Shown here piece by piece: positions 47,059 to 57,343 of a DNA stretch of 64,000 nt. The notes beneath the pieces are model-generated. The model searched no databases, was not told the DNA's origin, and saw only the letters and a program-made list of their open reading frames with translations. Location: contig JANJXX010000001.1 in assembly GCA_024720975.1 (NCBI GenBank), positions 223,408 to 287,407 of the forward strand. Reading direction: 5' to 3'. Every line of letters starts with the position of its first letter. The stretch's first letter is position 1. The stretch comes from Thermoproteota archaeon (GTDB taxonomy: Archaea; Asgardarchaeota; Njordarchaeia; Njordarchaeales; Panguiarchaeaceae). Both the position numbers and the translations under genes were made by a program.

Positions 47059-47133
47059 GGGCCCGTGGCGTAGTCAGGATATCGCGCGGGCTTTCGGAGC
47101 CCGGGGTCGCGGGTTCAAATCCCGCCGGGCCCA
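47059..47133 (+). tRNA. tRNA-Arg(TCG)
   Basis: GGGCCCG acceptor, CGGGC-TTTCGGA-GCCCG, GGTTCAAATCC. Confidence 0.95.
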
Positions 47134-47204
47134 ATTCGCTCTGTAATTCTAGTAGGGTCCGAGATCTTGGTACTCTGGCTCAGAAATTCTAAGAAACATG
47201 CTAA

Positions 47205-48425
47205 TCAAGGTTGCGCCAACACGCAAGCTAATTCTTGGTATATCTCCGCAAAAAGGGGATCTTTGAGTAGGATATCCTCGATGACTTCCACCGGTATCTC
47301 TAATTTGATTATTCGCGTACGTCCGTGTCTGCCAAACGAAACTATTGTTGAACTTATTATTCCAAGTGTCTCTAACTCTGCCAGGTAATCGTTAATTCTT
47401 CTGAGAGTTATAGGCTGCCTTCCTATCTGTGAGAGTAGCCAATCATAAGTCTGTTTTATCCTACCTGTTACTATCTTACTACTCGTCTTGGACAGTCCTG
47501 CTATTCCCAGTAATAAAAGTTGCTGATTTGGCGGAAGAGTTAATATAACCTCCTTTATTATATTTCTCTCTACCTCTTCAGATGCCTGCATTACGTGATC
47601 CACTGCAACTTTTGAATCACCCTTTCTCTCTGCAATCTCCCCCGCTACTCGAAGCAAATCTATGGCTTTTCTAGCATCACCATCTCTGGCTGCCACTGCT
47701 GCAGCATATCTTATTGCTTCGTCATCTATTACTCCCTCCCAGAAGGCTAACTTTGCTCTCTGCAGTAATATACCATACAGCTGGTCCTGTGTGTATGGTT
47801 GAAAGATTATAGTTTCCTCCGACAAACTTGAGAGAACCCTAGCATCTAGATATTCCCTAAAGCGTACATCATTTGTAATGCCAATTAACGATATTTTCGA
47901 TTTTGCAAGTTCGGAGTTCAGTCGCGTGAATTGATAAAGAATATCGTCCCCAGAATATTTAACCAGCCAGTCTACTTCATCAAAAACAACAAGGAAAAAC
48001 ATGTAATTTTCCTCTAGTCTTTTCATAATCAAAGAAAGAATTACATCTGGAGGAAGCCCCGTTTTAGAAATTTTAAGCTCAAGGTCTGTGGCTATTTTTA
48101 CGAGTGCGCGATAATTGGTGCGATAGAACCGGCAATTCACGTACGAATAGCCGAAAGGAACCTTAGCTTCGTCTGTTTTTTCCTTTAGCTTTCTCAGAAC
48201 TAGCTGTGTAACTGCTGTTTTACCAGTGCCTACAGGACCATACTCAAAAATGTTACTGGGTCGCGTCCCCTTGAGTATATTTACTAAAATATCGGCAAGT
48301 TTTAATATTTCCTTCTCTCTGTAGGGGAGATCATCTGGAACGTAGTCTACAGATAGGTACCTTTTGTCCTTAAATACGCTTCTTCTACTAAGTGCTTGCT
48401 CAAGAAATTTGTCTAATAGACTCAT
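47205..48425 (-). CDS. cdc6: Orc1/Cdc6 replication initiator
   Basis: YVPD.LPYRE, GPVGTGKT, DEVD, LDARVLSSL, GDARKAIDLLR, C-terminal wHTH GRHGRTR. Confidence 0.96.
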   Translation of the reverse strand: MSLLDKFLEQALSRRSVFKDKRYLSVDYVPDDLPYREKEILKLADILVNILKGTRPSNIFEYGPVGTGKTAVTQLVLRKLKEKTDEAKVPFGYSYVNCRFYRTNYRALVKIATDLELKISKTGLPPDVILSLIMKRLEENYMFFLVVFDEVDWLVKYSGDDILYQFTRLNSELAKSKISLIGITNDVRFREYLDARVLSSLSEETIIFQPYTQDQLYGILLQRAKLAFWEGVIDDEAIRYAAAVAARDGDARKAIDLLRVAGEIAERKGDSKVAVDHVMQASEEVERNIIKEVILTLPPNQQLLLLGIAGLSKTSSKIVTGRIKQTYDWLLSQIGRQPITLRRINDYLAELETLGIISSTIVSFGRHGRTRIIKLEIPVEVIEDILLKDPLFAEIYQELACVLAQP

Positions 48426-48672
48426 CTTTACGAGGACCCACTAGACTTGTGCGTATATAGAGCTCCTGAGGAAGCTTAAACAAGAAGGCATTACCTATAC
48501 AATACATCTGAAATACACGATAATGCATACGCTAGGACAACTGTTCAGACTACTAGAATAATTAGGAAAAGCAAACTTTTGCTTTATCTTCAGGCAGTTG
48601 TCATTTTTAAATTCATCCAATAAATTTTTTGCAAATTTTGTACCTGTTGGCTGCATTGTAGCGGGCTGGATT

Positions 48673-50283
48673 ATGGAACCTCGCAAAAAATACGTCATTG
48701 ACATAAGTCTTATAACGTCAGGAGGTTTGGAAACGGAAACCACACAGGAGTTGGCGAAGGACAATGCTACCTTTTATGTTCACTCCTTAATAATACGAAA
48801 ACTAAAAAATATGGCCGACGAAGGTCTAGACGAGGGTCGCATAGGTATTTCGCTACTCGAAAACTTCGGGAAAAAAGCTCGACTTGAATTTGAATTCTCC
48901 GATGTTCCCGACAGAGTTTCCATCACTGAAGCAATTTTAGAGCTCGCAATGCGACTATCTGCCACTGTATTAACTAGTGATGAAAACGTCCACAAGTTAT
49001 GCAGGGGTTTCAAAATAGACTCTATTCTAATAAAGAAAGATGTTGATATCAATACGTTGAAACTCCTACAATTCTTTGATGATGAAACATTGAGCATTCA
49101 TTTAAAAGAGAAATGCAAGCCATTTCGAAAGAAGGGGGTGCCTGGAAATTGGGTGTTTGAAGAAATACGTGACAATCCTATTACGGCGGATGAACTAAGA
49201 GAATTAATAAGAGAAGTTATAGAGGCTGCAAAAATTCATCCTGGAAGTTTCATCGAGATTGAAAGACCTGGCAGTACAATAATTCAATTGAGGGATCTCA
49301 GAATAGTGATAACAAGACCTCCGTTCTCCGATGGCCTTGAAATAACCGCTGTTAGGCCTGTGAGAAGACTACATCTAGAGGACTATCATCTTCCGGAAAA
49401 ACTGATTCGAAGACTTGAGCTTCGAGCCGAGGGAATTCTGATTTCTGGCAGTCCTGGTGCCGGAAAAACTACTTTTGCGCAGGCTTTAGCAGAGTTTTAT
49501 CGCAGAAAGGGTAAAATAATAAAAACTATAGAAGCACCGCGAGACATGCAGCTAAGTGAGGATATAACTCAATACTCAAAAAGCTATGGAACACCAGAGG
49601 AACTCCATGACATTCTTTTGCTCTCTAGACCTGATTATTGCATATTCGACGAAATACGCAATCCGGAGGATATAGAACTATTCTCTGACCTTAGGCTCGC
49701 CGGTATAGGCATGGTTGGTGTTATTCACTCAACGACGGCTATAGACGCCATACAACGATTTATAGGCAAGGTAGAACTCGGGATGATACCTAGCATTATT
49801 GACACAGTAATCCATATGAAGCATGGCCAAATTGAAAGGGTCCTAGCTTTGAGAACAATGGTTAAAATTCCGCACGGGTTAACAAGTGAAGATCTAGCTC
49901 GTCCTGTGGTCGTAGTTTACGACTTCCTCTCAGGTAGACCTCTTTTTGAGATTTATACATTTGGAGAGAGAACGTTCGTGGTACCTATTTCAAGGGAGGC
50001 TAGTAGAGAAATTTATGGTGAATCTATGGAAGGAGCTTTAGAAGCCCCAACCCAGGAGGGGCTGATATTTACATTAAGAGAAACCAAACGCGCATATATA
50101 TTTGACTTCGGAAAGAAATACGGATCCAAACACGTGGTTGGTTACGCTGGATCGAAAATCATCGCGAGAGGCGTAACATCAAGAAGTGGCAAGTTAGTAG
50201 TTTCTAAAAGATCTCATTCAGGCAGAGCAATCGAAGAAGCTCTAAGCGCCGGGGAAGAGCTTAAGTTTTATATGGGACAATAG
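48673..50283 (+). CDS. PINA-type ATPase (PIN domain + P-loop + C-terminal domain)
   Basis: PPFSDG.EITAVRP, GSPGAGKTTF, LLSRPDY..FDE, DLRLAGIGMVGV.H. Confidence 0.92.
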   Translation: MEPRKKYVIDISLITSGGLETETTQELAKDNATFYVHSLIIRKLKNMADEGLDEGRIGISLLENFGKKARLEFEFSDVPDRVSITEAILELAMRLSATVLTSDENVHKLCRGFKIDSILIKKDVDINTLKLLQFFDDETLSIHLKEKCKPFRKKGVPGNWVFEEIRDNPITADELRELIREVIEAAKIHPGSFIEIERPGSTIIQLRDLRIVITRPPFSDGLEITAVRPVRRLHLEDYHLPEKLIRRLELRAEGILISGSPGAGKTTFAQALAEFYRRKGKIIKTIEAPRDMQLSEDITQYSKSYGTPEELHDILLLSRPDYCIFDEIRNPEDIELFSDLRLAGIGMVGVIHSTTAIDAIQRFIGKVELGMIPSIIDTVIHMKHGQIERVLALRTMVKIPHGLTSEDLARPVVVVYDFLSGRPLFEIYTFGERTFVVPISREASREIYGESMEGALEAPTQEGLIFTLRETKRAYIFDFGKKYGSKHVVGYAGSKIIARGVTSRSGKLVVSKRSHSGRAIEEALSAGEELKFYMGQ

Positions 50284-50308
50284 TAGTTGGCTAAGTATTA
50301 TTTCATTT

Positions 50309-51769
50309 TTATTCATCAATATAATTCAAAATCTCACGCCTTATTACAAGACTATACATGTCTTGGAGCATTTCCTCCTCCCTAGCGACCTCCAGCATTT
50401 TGCTAGGTGAATCGATTATTTCGAAGGAAGTAAATGATGGTTCAATCTTAATGGTCTTCACGTATTCTTCAAGAAAGTCACTCAGCAAAACTGACTCGTC
50501 CACTAAAAAAACAATTCTTTGACCCTCAATCCATGGTCCAGCAATGGATCTGCCACGATATTTTCGAATAAATGACAATATGTTTTCAGTGCTAGCGCTT
50601 GTTGGAGGGCCACTAACTATTCTAGGAGTAGGCGTCGCATGAAATCTTGTCTCAATTAGAATTATCATTGAATTCTTCCCTTCGCTTATTCCCAGAAAAA
50701 TTGGGGAGAACTCACTGCGTTCTAGTACATTTTTAATCTTATGCATAATTCTAAGCGCCTGTCCCCAGTACACGTCTGGCGGTACGTTACTCCTCCTTAG
50801 AACTAACATACATAATTTTCTCCTGGAAATCTCGCTTATGATAGACTCATCTTTGGGTAAGTCCGGAGCTTTCGGGAAGAAGAACTTACTACTCGGTTTT
50901 GCTAGGAATAGTTTGGATAACAACTGAAATCGACATATGGTCTCCCTCCTTAGCGCATTCGTTACATTCCTATTCCTATCTACTGGATCTACGAGTATGA
51001 ATGAGTGGTTGAATTTCTTAAACGCATCCTCAGGAGACCAGGTGCGCGTTAAATCGATAAGTATTCTTTTCTTTCTTGACAATTCCTTTACAGCCTGTAG
51101 GAATGAGCCATAATATATTATCAGTAACTCACAGGCGTACCCAGAGAAGCCGCCAACTTTTATCTCTGCGCCGTATACTCCTATTCCTTTTAAAAACCCT
51201 TTGAGCAACCTAACCTCATTTCTTAGATCATCGTTAAGCATTGATCGCACATAACGTGTATGGTAGGGCGTTCTATCAACTGCGGATATTATTTTTTCTG
51301 GGTGGGATTCAAATGCCGGTACGATATCAACCTCATAGCCTTCAATCCATACGTGTAAATATGGATGCTCAGCGTACCTCATTTGGCTACGAAGATCGAG
51401 TTCTCTCATAACCTTCATTACAAGATCTTCAAGCATACCTTTATATTCATATTCACTAGTAGGCGGTGGCGGCAGTAGAATGAATATATCAAAATCCACG
51501 GATCCAGAGATCCAAGTACCTCTAGCAACAGATCCCTCGATTTCAACTGATGCTTGAATTTCGAGCTTTCTTAATGCTTCCTCAACCTTTAATTTAATTT
51601 TCTCGGCTAGCTCTCTTACTCGCTTATCCTCCTCATCTGATGGTACTATTCTATGAAGAACTTCAAGAAGTGTATTAACGAGGTCTTCTCTACCTTCTTC
51701 GCGTGCTATCCTTATTGATGGAAGCTCTAGGAATCTTTTTTGAGCTCCAGATGGTTCACCATGGAACAT
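50309..51769 (-). CDS. cca: class I CCA-adding enzyme
   Basis: GSVARGTW....DFD, YAEHPY, SAVDRTPYH, GFSGY.CELL, DPVD..RNV. Confidence 0.97.
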   Translation of the reverse strand: MFHGEPSGAQKRFLELPSIRIAREEGREDLVNTLLEVLHRIVPSDEEDKRVRELAEKIKLKVEEALRKLEIQASVEIEGSVARGTWISGSVDFDIFILLPPPPTSEYEYKGMLEDLVMKVMRELDLRSQMRYAEHPYLHVWIEGYEVDIVPAFESHPEKIISAVDRTPYHTRYVRSMLNDDLRNEVRLLKGFLKGIGVYGAEIKVGGFSGYACELLIIYYGSFLQAVKELSRKKRILIDLTRTWSPEDAFKKFNHSFILVDPVDRNRNVTNALRRETICRFQLLSKLFLAKPSSKFFFPKAPDLPKDESIISEISRRKLCMLVLRRSNVPPDVYWGQALRIMHKIKNVLERSEFSPIFLGISEGKNSMIILIETRFHATPTPRIVSGPPTSASTENILSFIRKYRGRSIAGPWIEGQRIVFLVDESVLLSDFLEEYVKTIKIEPSFTSFEIIDSPSKMLEVAREEEMLQDMYSLVIRREILNYIDE

Positions 51770-52298
51770 TCTTGAGCCCTGCTAGATATGCGATTGTGTT
51801 GGATAATGGATGTATGAGTAAAGTAAAGAGCAAACACACCATTAGTTCAAATGAACTTAGAAGCGGGTAAAAAGGATATGAAAACAGTAGTGCAAAAACA
51901 GCGAATCCCAATTGATCCATTAGAGGCAATGTTGATCCAGGCTTCAAATTCAACCGACGTTTAATAAAAGATCCTAAGAGATCCCCCGTGTGCGTTCCTA
52001 AACTCAGGAGAAATGCTAAAAGTAAAGCATCTGATACTAAAATTTCATCAAGACTAACCAGAGGGAATATTAGGGGCAGAACTAATCCCGTCAAAGTTCC
52101 CAGAGTTAGACCTCCAAAAAAACCACAAATTGTTTTATTATCCCCAAAAATGCGCTTACCATCAACGAATTTTTTGCCAAAGTCTAAAGGAGGACCTCCG
52201 CGAGTTATTACTGGCGTGGCATTCGCGATGTACGCTGGCAGAATATACACTAAAGCCCGAAGGAAGCTTAACAGAAGATCGCTCATTAGTTTTCTCAC
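51756..52298 (-). CDS. carS: CDP-archaeol synthase
   Basis: PAY.ANA.P, P.DFG..F.DG.R.FGD.KT, GDL.GSFIKRR, DQL, K.VPW. Confidence 0.95.
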   Translation of the reverse strand: MRKLMSDLLLSFLRALVYILPAYIANATPVITRGGPPLDFGKKFVDGKRIFGDNKTICGFFGGLTLGTLTGLVLPLIFPLVSLDEILVSDALLLAFLLSLGTHTGDLLGSFIKRRLNLKPGSTLPLMDQLGFAVFALLFSYPFYPLLSSFELMVCLLFTLLIHPLSNTIAYLAGLKNVPW

Positions 52299-52675
52299 CT
52301 TATTATCCGCTTGAGCATTTTGTCGGCTTGAGTTTCCTTCTTTACCTCCTTAACAACAACCTTACCCTCACGTATTTGGTTTATTTTATGCGCCAACAAT
52401 TTAAGCAACTTATGCTTGCTTACCTTAGCGAGCTTCGGAATTTTTATTCTGCCTTTTCCCTCAATCCAGTTACTAGGATGCGATTTATTCCTTTCGACAA
52501 TAACGGGAATATTTAAAAGCTCACATGCTTTAATTAGCTCATTCAAAGTAGGGTTTTCCACAGCAAGACTAAGCGGAACCTTTCTGCCAAGTTTTCTTGA
52601 TAACCGATAGTCCACATGCTCGGGATAAATAATCCAATACTGATTGCGTTCAGTGATGTATTCACTCAAAGTCAT
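52295..52675 (-). CDS. srp19: signal recognition particle protein SRP19
   Basis: IIYP...D..LSR..GRKVP..LAV.NP, K.HP..W...GR. Confidence 0.95.
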   Translation of the reverse strand: MTLSEYITERNQYWIIYPEHVDYRLSRKLGRKVPLSLAVENPTLNELIKACELLNIPVIVERNKSHPSNWIEGKGRIKIPKLAKVSKHKLLKLLAHKINQIREGKVVVKEVKKETQADKMLKRIIR

Positions 52676-54522
52676 CCACCGCTTGGCTCTCTAATGAGCT
52701 CTTCAACAAGCCCCAATATGTAAGCATGAGCAACGATAAACTCATCATCAAATTCCTTAGCAAGTTCTGAGTATACTAAGCGATGAACATTAAGTCTATC
52801 TAGTATTCCGTAATAATCGGATGCTGTCTTGAGCTTTTTGATGAACATCAGAGCCTTTATTAATTTAGCTGCGGATCCAACAAAGTCAGAAGGCAAGTTG
52901 CATTCTGTTCTCACTTTTTCCCACAGTTCACGCTCTAGCTTAGGAGCACACAAAATAATCAATCTCTTTTTTTCTACTAGAACTCCGAGGAATTCGTGAC
53001 ACTCAAAACCTAAAGAACGTTTTAGCTTTGTAAGATCAAAAACCTCGAGAAATGCATATGGTTCTTTGTAAATTTTATACCTTAGGTTGCGACCACTCGC
53101 CTCCAGGTTATCAGTTTCAACAACACATAAGTAGTGCGCATATATTTCAGAAAGTAGGAACGGTATACCTTTTTGGAGGCAGTAAAGAAAAACATTGGAT
53201 GGCCTTAACGCTGAACCTTCAGTTATCTCTGAACTTATGCCAGATCGTGCAATCATGATCCTTAAGCGCCAGTAAGCCTCTTCAACGCTTTTTCCACTCC
53301 TTATTATCTTAAGTGCTTGGGCAATCTGGTTTCGCTCCTCCTGACTCAGATCTTTATGCCTAGAAAGGTACAGAAAAATGTTCTCAACGAATTTTATATC
53401 TGGCATAGGTTCACCGTTCTTGTCTTGCCTCATGCAGATGAGAACCCTTCCAATACCAGGCAGGAACGTTTGAGTAAGCACTTGGAGGTAGTTATTTCCC
53501 ACCTCAATTAAGCTACCTATTACGCTCTCCGGGAGCATCTTTATTGATGGGCAACGTGTGAAATTTTTAGAAGGTTCTTTTAAGAGGGTTCTTTCCACAA
53601 GCAGTACACCCCTCTGTTCCCTCAAGTTTTCAGCACTGACATAACCCAACGGTTTGTACCTTGGTTGCAGCTTGCTCAGAGTATCAGAAGATAAGTAATT
53701 CAAATAACCCTCGACACCTAGGAAATGCCTTATTGTCGAAGGCTTTAATTCCTGTTTACCGATTCTAGCCTGCATGCGCCTGACGAACTTAGCGCGGAAG
53801 TCTGATACATCTGTAGCCATGAAATCAAAGCCAAGATCTTTGTACAAAGCATCTAATACTGTACTATCAATCTCCTCCTCTGAAGCTACTTCTAGAAAAA
53901 CTTGCCCTTCCGCACTTATGTAGAGATCCGTAACTAGAGCGAGCTCGCCATCAGGTTCTAAACGTACATTTTGACCGATCATTCTCTTGAATCGAAGTAC
54001 TATTGTCGGATCTACTGCCGAGATATTAGAAAGTATGTTTAGAACTTTTAGTAATTTCTCTGCTTTAACCAGTAACTTCTGAAGATGCGATGAACGCTCA
54101 TCCTGGTATTTACTTTGGAGATTTTTTATTGTCTCCAGACTCCTCCTAAGATCATCTGAGAGCTTGATAATCGTGTCACGGTTGCTTTTAATGGTATTCC
54201 ACAAAACCTTAAGATTAAGCTGACCAGTGGAGATTGCTGAAAGGTAACTCCTAATCCTGGAAACATATTCCTCAACTGCATCGATGCTCTTAATGGCTTC
54301 GGGCTTACTTTCGCTGAGTCTATGCTCTGTTGCAGATTTTTTTGCGTATAATTCCCCCATTTTTTGAAGTAAAATTGCCATGTAATGCCTTAGTTTGCTT
54401 AGCGATTCTGCACTTAATTTCCTCTGAGCTTCTTCTACCAACTTTGTAACGTACTGCAATTCATCATTGATTTCCTGGAGATTTTTAGCAAGTAATAGAT
54501 ACAAATCAAAGTCTTCACTCAT
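52672..54522 (-). CDS. hypothetical protein: N-terminal coiled coil plus putative PRC-barrel-like domains
   Basis: helical bundle, then IGQNV...DG.L..V.DL.I...G.V.LEV (PRC-barrel pattern). Confidence 0.5.
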   Translation of the reverse strand: MSEDFDLYLLLAKNLQEINDELQYVTKLVEEAQRKLSAESLSKLRHYMAILLQKMGELYAKKSATEHRLSESKPEAIKSIDAVEEYVSRIRSYLSAISTGQLNLKVLWNTIKSNRDTIIKLSDDLRRSLETIKNLQSKYQDERSSHLQKLLVKAEKLLKVLNILSNISAVDPTIVLRFKRMIGQNVRLEPDGELALVTDLYISAEGQVFLEVASEEEIDSTVLDALYKDLGFDFMATDVSDFRAKFVRRMQARIGKQELKPSTIRHFLGVEGYLNYLSSDTLSKLQPRYKPLGYVSAENLREQRGVLLVERTLLKEPSKNFTRCPSIKMLPESVIGSLIEVGNNYLQVLTQTFLPGIGRVLICMRQDKNGEPMPDIKFVENIFLYLSRHKDLSQEERNQIAQALKIIRSGKSVEEAYWRLRIMIARSGISSEITEGSALRPSNVFLYCLQKGIPFLLSEIYAHYLCVVETDNLEASGRNLRYKIYKEPYAFLEVFDLTKLKRSLGFECHEFLGVLVEKKRLIILCAPKLERELWEKVRTECNLPSDFVGSAAKLIKALMFIKKLKTASDYYGILDRLNVHRLVYSELAKEFDDEFIVAHAYILGLVEELIREPSGG

Positions 54523-54711
54523 ACACAACTTCCCTCCAGGATTAAAGTGATGGAAAATGCTATCCCCTTTAGGAAATTTAATACTTAGAGACAAATTGCG
54601 TTAAAATCCATAGAAACATAAGCAATTCAGGCCTATTGAGAGTACTTTTCTAATAAAACTTTAAAAGTAATAGTTTGACACTACTATATTACTTTCTGTG
54701 GTGGTGCCGTT

Positions 54712-54978
54712 TTGCGGATGTGTCCACAGTGTGGAACCCCACTTGAGAGGAGAGAAAGAAAAGGTAATTATGTGTTATTCGTTTGTCCTATTTGTGGCTT
54801 TTCAGAGACAGCTAAAATTAAAAAACCCGTAACTGATGAGAAGCAGGGGATAAGAATCAAGATTGAACAAAAGGGAGAGGGAGTTATTGAAGAGAAAAAG
54901 AAACGCGTTGAAATAAGCGAGGAAGAAATTGAGAGTGTACTCGAGATTCTAGAAAGTTCAGAGAGTACCGGTGGGTAA
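54712..54978 (+). CDS. TFS/Rpb9-like single Zn-ribbon protein with acidic tail
   Basis: CPQCG..L ... CPICGF.E; no second Zn ribbon, no ADE motif. Confidence 0.65.
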   Translation: MRMCPQCGTPLERRERKGNYVLFVCPICGFSETAKIKKPVTDEKQGIRIKIEQKGEGVIEEKKKRVEISEEEIESVLEILESSESTGG

Positions 54979-56913
54979 GTGAGATATTCGGGATAGATAC
55001 TCAAAGATTCGTTTTTCCTCGTTTTCATTCGCAATTCTAAATCCCCAATATTCTAATTGAACACTTGCTCGTCCATGCGTAGCATTCCTCAAGGCCTCTG
55101 CAAATCCTAAGGAATCCAGAACTGAGATCCGTCCTGATATCTCACATAAATCGGTGCTAGTTACATTTTCTATCTTTGCATTACGTGATGACAATAAGCT
55201 AGTCACTTGACCTATGAACTCATGATCAGTGATTATGCTAAAAGAATAGTATGGTTGTGCTACATATGTTTGCAAACTAGAGAGGGCTTCATATACTTTT
55301 TGAATGATTTCGCTCTCCGGAATTTTCTCTTTAATTTTAACCGAAATTCGAGTTGCTACTATTGGCTCTCTTATCCTTGGGCCTGCTCTCAAGCTATTTA
55401 ATATTATCGATTCGAGCGCTGATTTTTTGTCAGGTGGCAAAACGCCAGTGATTTCAACACGATTCTCTAAATTTTTTATTGCGTCAACCGATGTCACATC
55501 TTCAATCGGTTCAATAATGATCTCAAGTGCATCTGTCGAAATCTTAACTTTCTCTTTGGGAATCTCTTTGAATGCTACTATAGGTTCTGTTGTAAATACA
55601 GGCACAGTCTCATTCAAGTTTTTGATAGCAAGTTCAAGGTGAAGTTCCCCCAAGCCATGCAGGATTATTTGTCCGGTCTCCTCTGATACTCTAAATGATA
55701 AGTTTGGATCTTCAATTACAAGCCTCTCGAGAGCCTCGAGGAGACGCTTTATTTCACCATAATTCTTTGGACTAATTGCCACCACAAGGACTGGATAAGC
55801 CGTATACATTGGTGCAACAAAATATCCATCAATAGGTTTTTCGGAGTACGTTTCACCAGGAAGTGCATTCATTACACCCCCAAAAATGTTACCTGCAGGA
55901 ACTTCAGCGATACTCTCTAACTTGTTTGCGTGAATTAAAAATACTGACTGCAAACGTCTTCTTTCTCCTTTACTAGAGTTTATATACTCACCTGGTTTGA
56001 CTGTCCCAGAGAAAACACGAGCTGTGATATAACTCAATCCTCTTTCTATAGAAACCTTACTCACATAGAATATAACCTCGCTATCTGGAGAGCATAATAA
56101 AGCATTTTCTGGAAGTTCTCCATTCCATAGATACTTAACTCTAATCTTTTGAGCATATACTGGGGGTGGACACTTATCTAAAATCACGTTAATGATTTTT
56201 TTGCCCAGTGGAAATTCGCCTTGGAGCTCCTGGATTTTTCCACTACGGTAATAATTAATTACGTCTTCGAATTTTAGGCCATACCTCCTGAAATCGCTAT
56301 ATACTAGTCCCCAACCATGCAAAGCAGATCCGAATATTATTGTGTCATCCTTTGGATTTATTTGCCAAGTACTAGCAAGTTCCGGGAATGCATATCTTTC
56401 TAATATCGAGTTAAACCTCTTAATTATCGAGGACAGCTTGGAATAGATTTGAGCGGGACTTGCCTTTATCTCATTGATGAGTCTATCTATCTTGTTAATA
56501 AATAGAATCGGGCGCACCACTTCACGAAGTGCTAGACGGAGGTATGACTCTGTCTGCGCCATAACTCCCTCGACTGCATCTACAACAAATATCGCTGAGT
56601 CTGCTAACCTTAAAGCTCTAGACACCTTTCCAGAGAAGTCTACGTGTCCAGGTGTATCCACCAGATGCACCAAATACTCCGAGGAGTTTCTAGTTATTCT
56701 GAGGCTCATTACTGTAGTCTTCATAGTTATACCGCGTCGCTGCTCTTCAAGCCAATAATCTAGAAATCTCGCCTTGCCTGCTAATGATTTCGCTATCACA
56801 CCTACCTCAGCAAGTATATAGTCAGCCATTGTTGTCTTTCCATGATCAATATGCCCAGCTATGGCAACGTTTCTAACCTGCTCACTTGGCGGAAACTTTT
56901 TCAATGCATCCAC
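54958..56913 (-). CDS. EF-2 paralog (aEF-2p-like) lacking the diphthamide loop
   Basis: GHIDHGKT, RGIT, DTPGHVDF, NKID, GLGELHLE, LR.AT.G.A; no HRG motif in domain IV; only 651 aa. Confidence 0.85.
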   Translation of the reverse strand: MDALKKFPPSEQVRNVAIAGHIDHGKTTMADYILAEVGVIAKSLAGKARFLDYWLEEQRRGITMKTTVMSLRITRNSSEYLVHLVDTPGHVDFSGKVSRALRLADSAIFVVDAVEGVMAQTESYLRLALREVVRPILFINKIDRLINEIKASPAQIYSKLSSIIKRFNSILERYAFPELASTWQINPKDDTIIFGSALHGWGLVYSDFRRYGLKFEDVINYYRSGKIQELQGEFPLGKKIINVILDKCPPPVYAQKIRVKYLWNGELPENALLCSPDSEVIFYVSKVSIERGLSYITARVFSGTVKPGEYINSSKGERRRLQSVFLIHANKLESIAEVPAGNIFGGVMNALPGETYSEKPIDGYFVAPMYTAYPVLVVAISPKNYGEIKRLLEALERLVIEDPNLSFRVSEETGQIILHGLGELHLELAIKNLNETVPVFTTEPIVAFKEIPKEKVKISTDALEIIIEPIEDVTSVDAIKNLENRVEITGVLPPDKKSALESIILNSLRAGPRIREPIVATRISVKIKEKIPESEIIQKVYEALSSLQTYVAQPYYSFSIITDHEFIGQVTSLLSSRNAKIENVTSTDLCEISGRISVLDSLGFAEALRNATHGRASVQLEYWGFRIANENEEKRIFEYLSRISHLPTGTL

Positions 56914-56979
56914 CTTTGTTTTTCTATTATAAAGCCTTTTCAGTAGTTAAGTATTAACAGTATCTCGAAGGGGGAGCTA

Positions 56980-57297
56980 TTGGCTTCAAAACTACCACCT
57001 AAGAAACCCCTCGACTTCAAACAGCGGCTTGCTCTAGTCACTAAAAAAGTACGCGTTTTCACTGAAACAAGAAAGAAAACACACGTAGTAACGATAATAC
57101 AAGGACTTGACAGCAAAAGTACTAATCTCGAGGATATAACAAGCAAACTCAAAAAGCATTGCGCCACAGGAGGCACATATAAAAATGATTCCAGATATGG
57201 AGAGATAATCCTTCTCCAGGGCGACCAGGTAAACAAAGTAAAACAGTTCTTGACAAAGGAACTGGGAATTCCAGAGGAGAACATAGAGACCGTGTGA
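56980..57297 (+). CDS. sui1: translation initiation factor aIF1 (SUI1)
   Basis: VTIIQGL, LKK.CATGGT.K, I.LQGD. Confidence 0.95.
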   Translation: MASKLPPKKPLDFKQRLALVTKKVRVFTETRKKTHVVTIIQGLDSKSTNLEDITSKLKKHCATGGTYKNDSRYGEIILLQGDQVNKVKQFLTKELGIPEENIETV

Positions 57298-57343
57298 GAA
57301 AACTAAGTACGAAGGATATCACAAATAAAAATATTCCATTTAT

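Noticed and set aside
24979-47133. Recurrent GGGCCCG...GGTTCAAATCCCGCCGGGCCC repeats as att sites or CRISPR repeats
   Set aside because: All copies are parts of complete tRNA genes; no integrase, spacer array or cas genes
48426-48672. Possible replication origin upstream of orc1/cdc6
   Set aside because: No ORB-like repeats (TCCA..GAAA plus G-string) or clear AT-rich unwinding element visible; probably just divergent promoters
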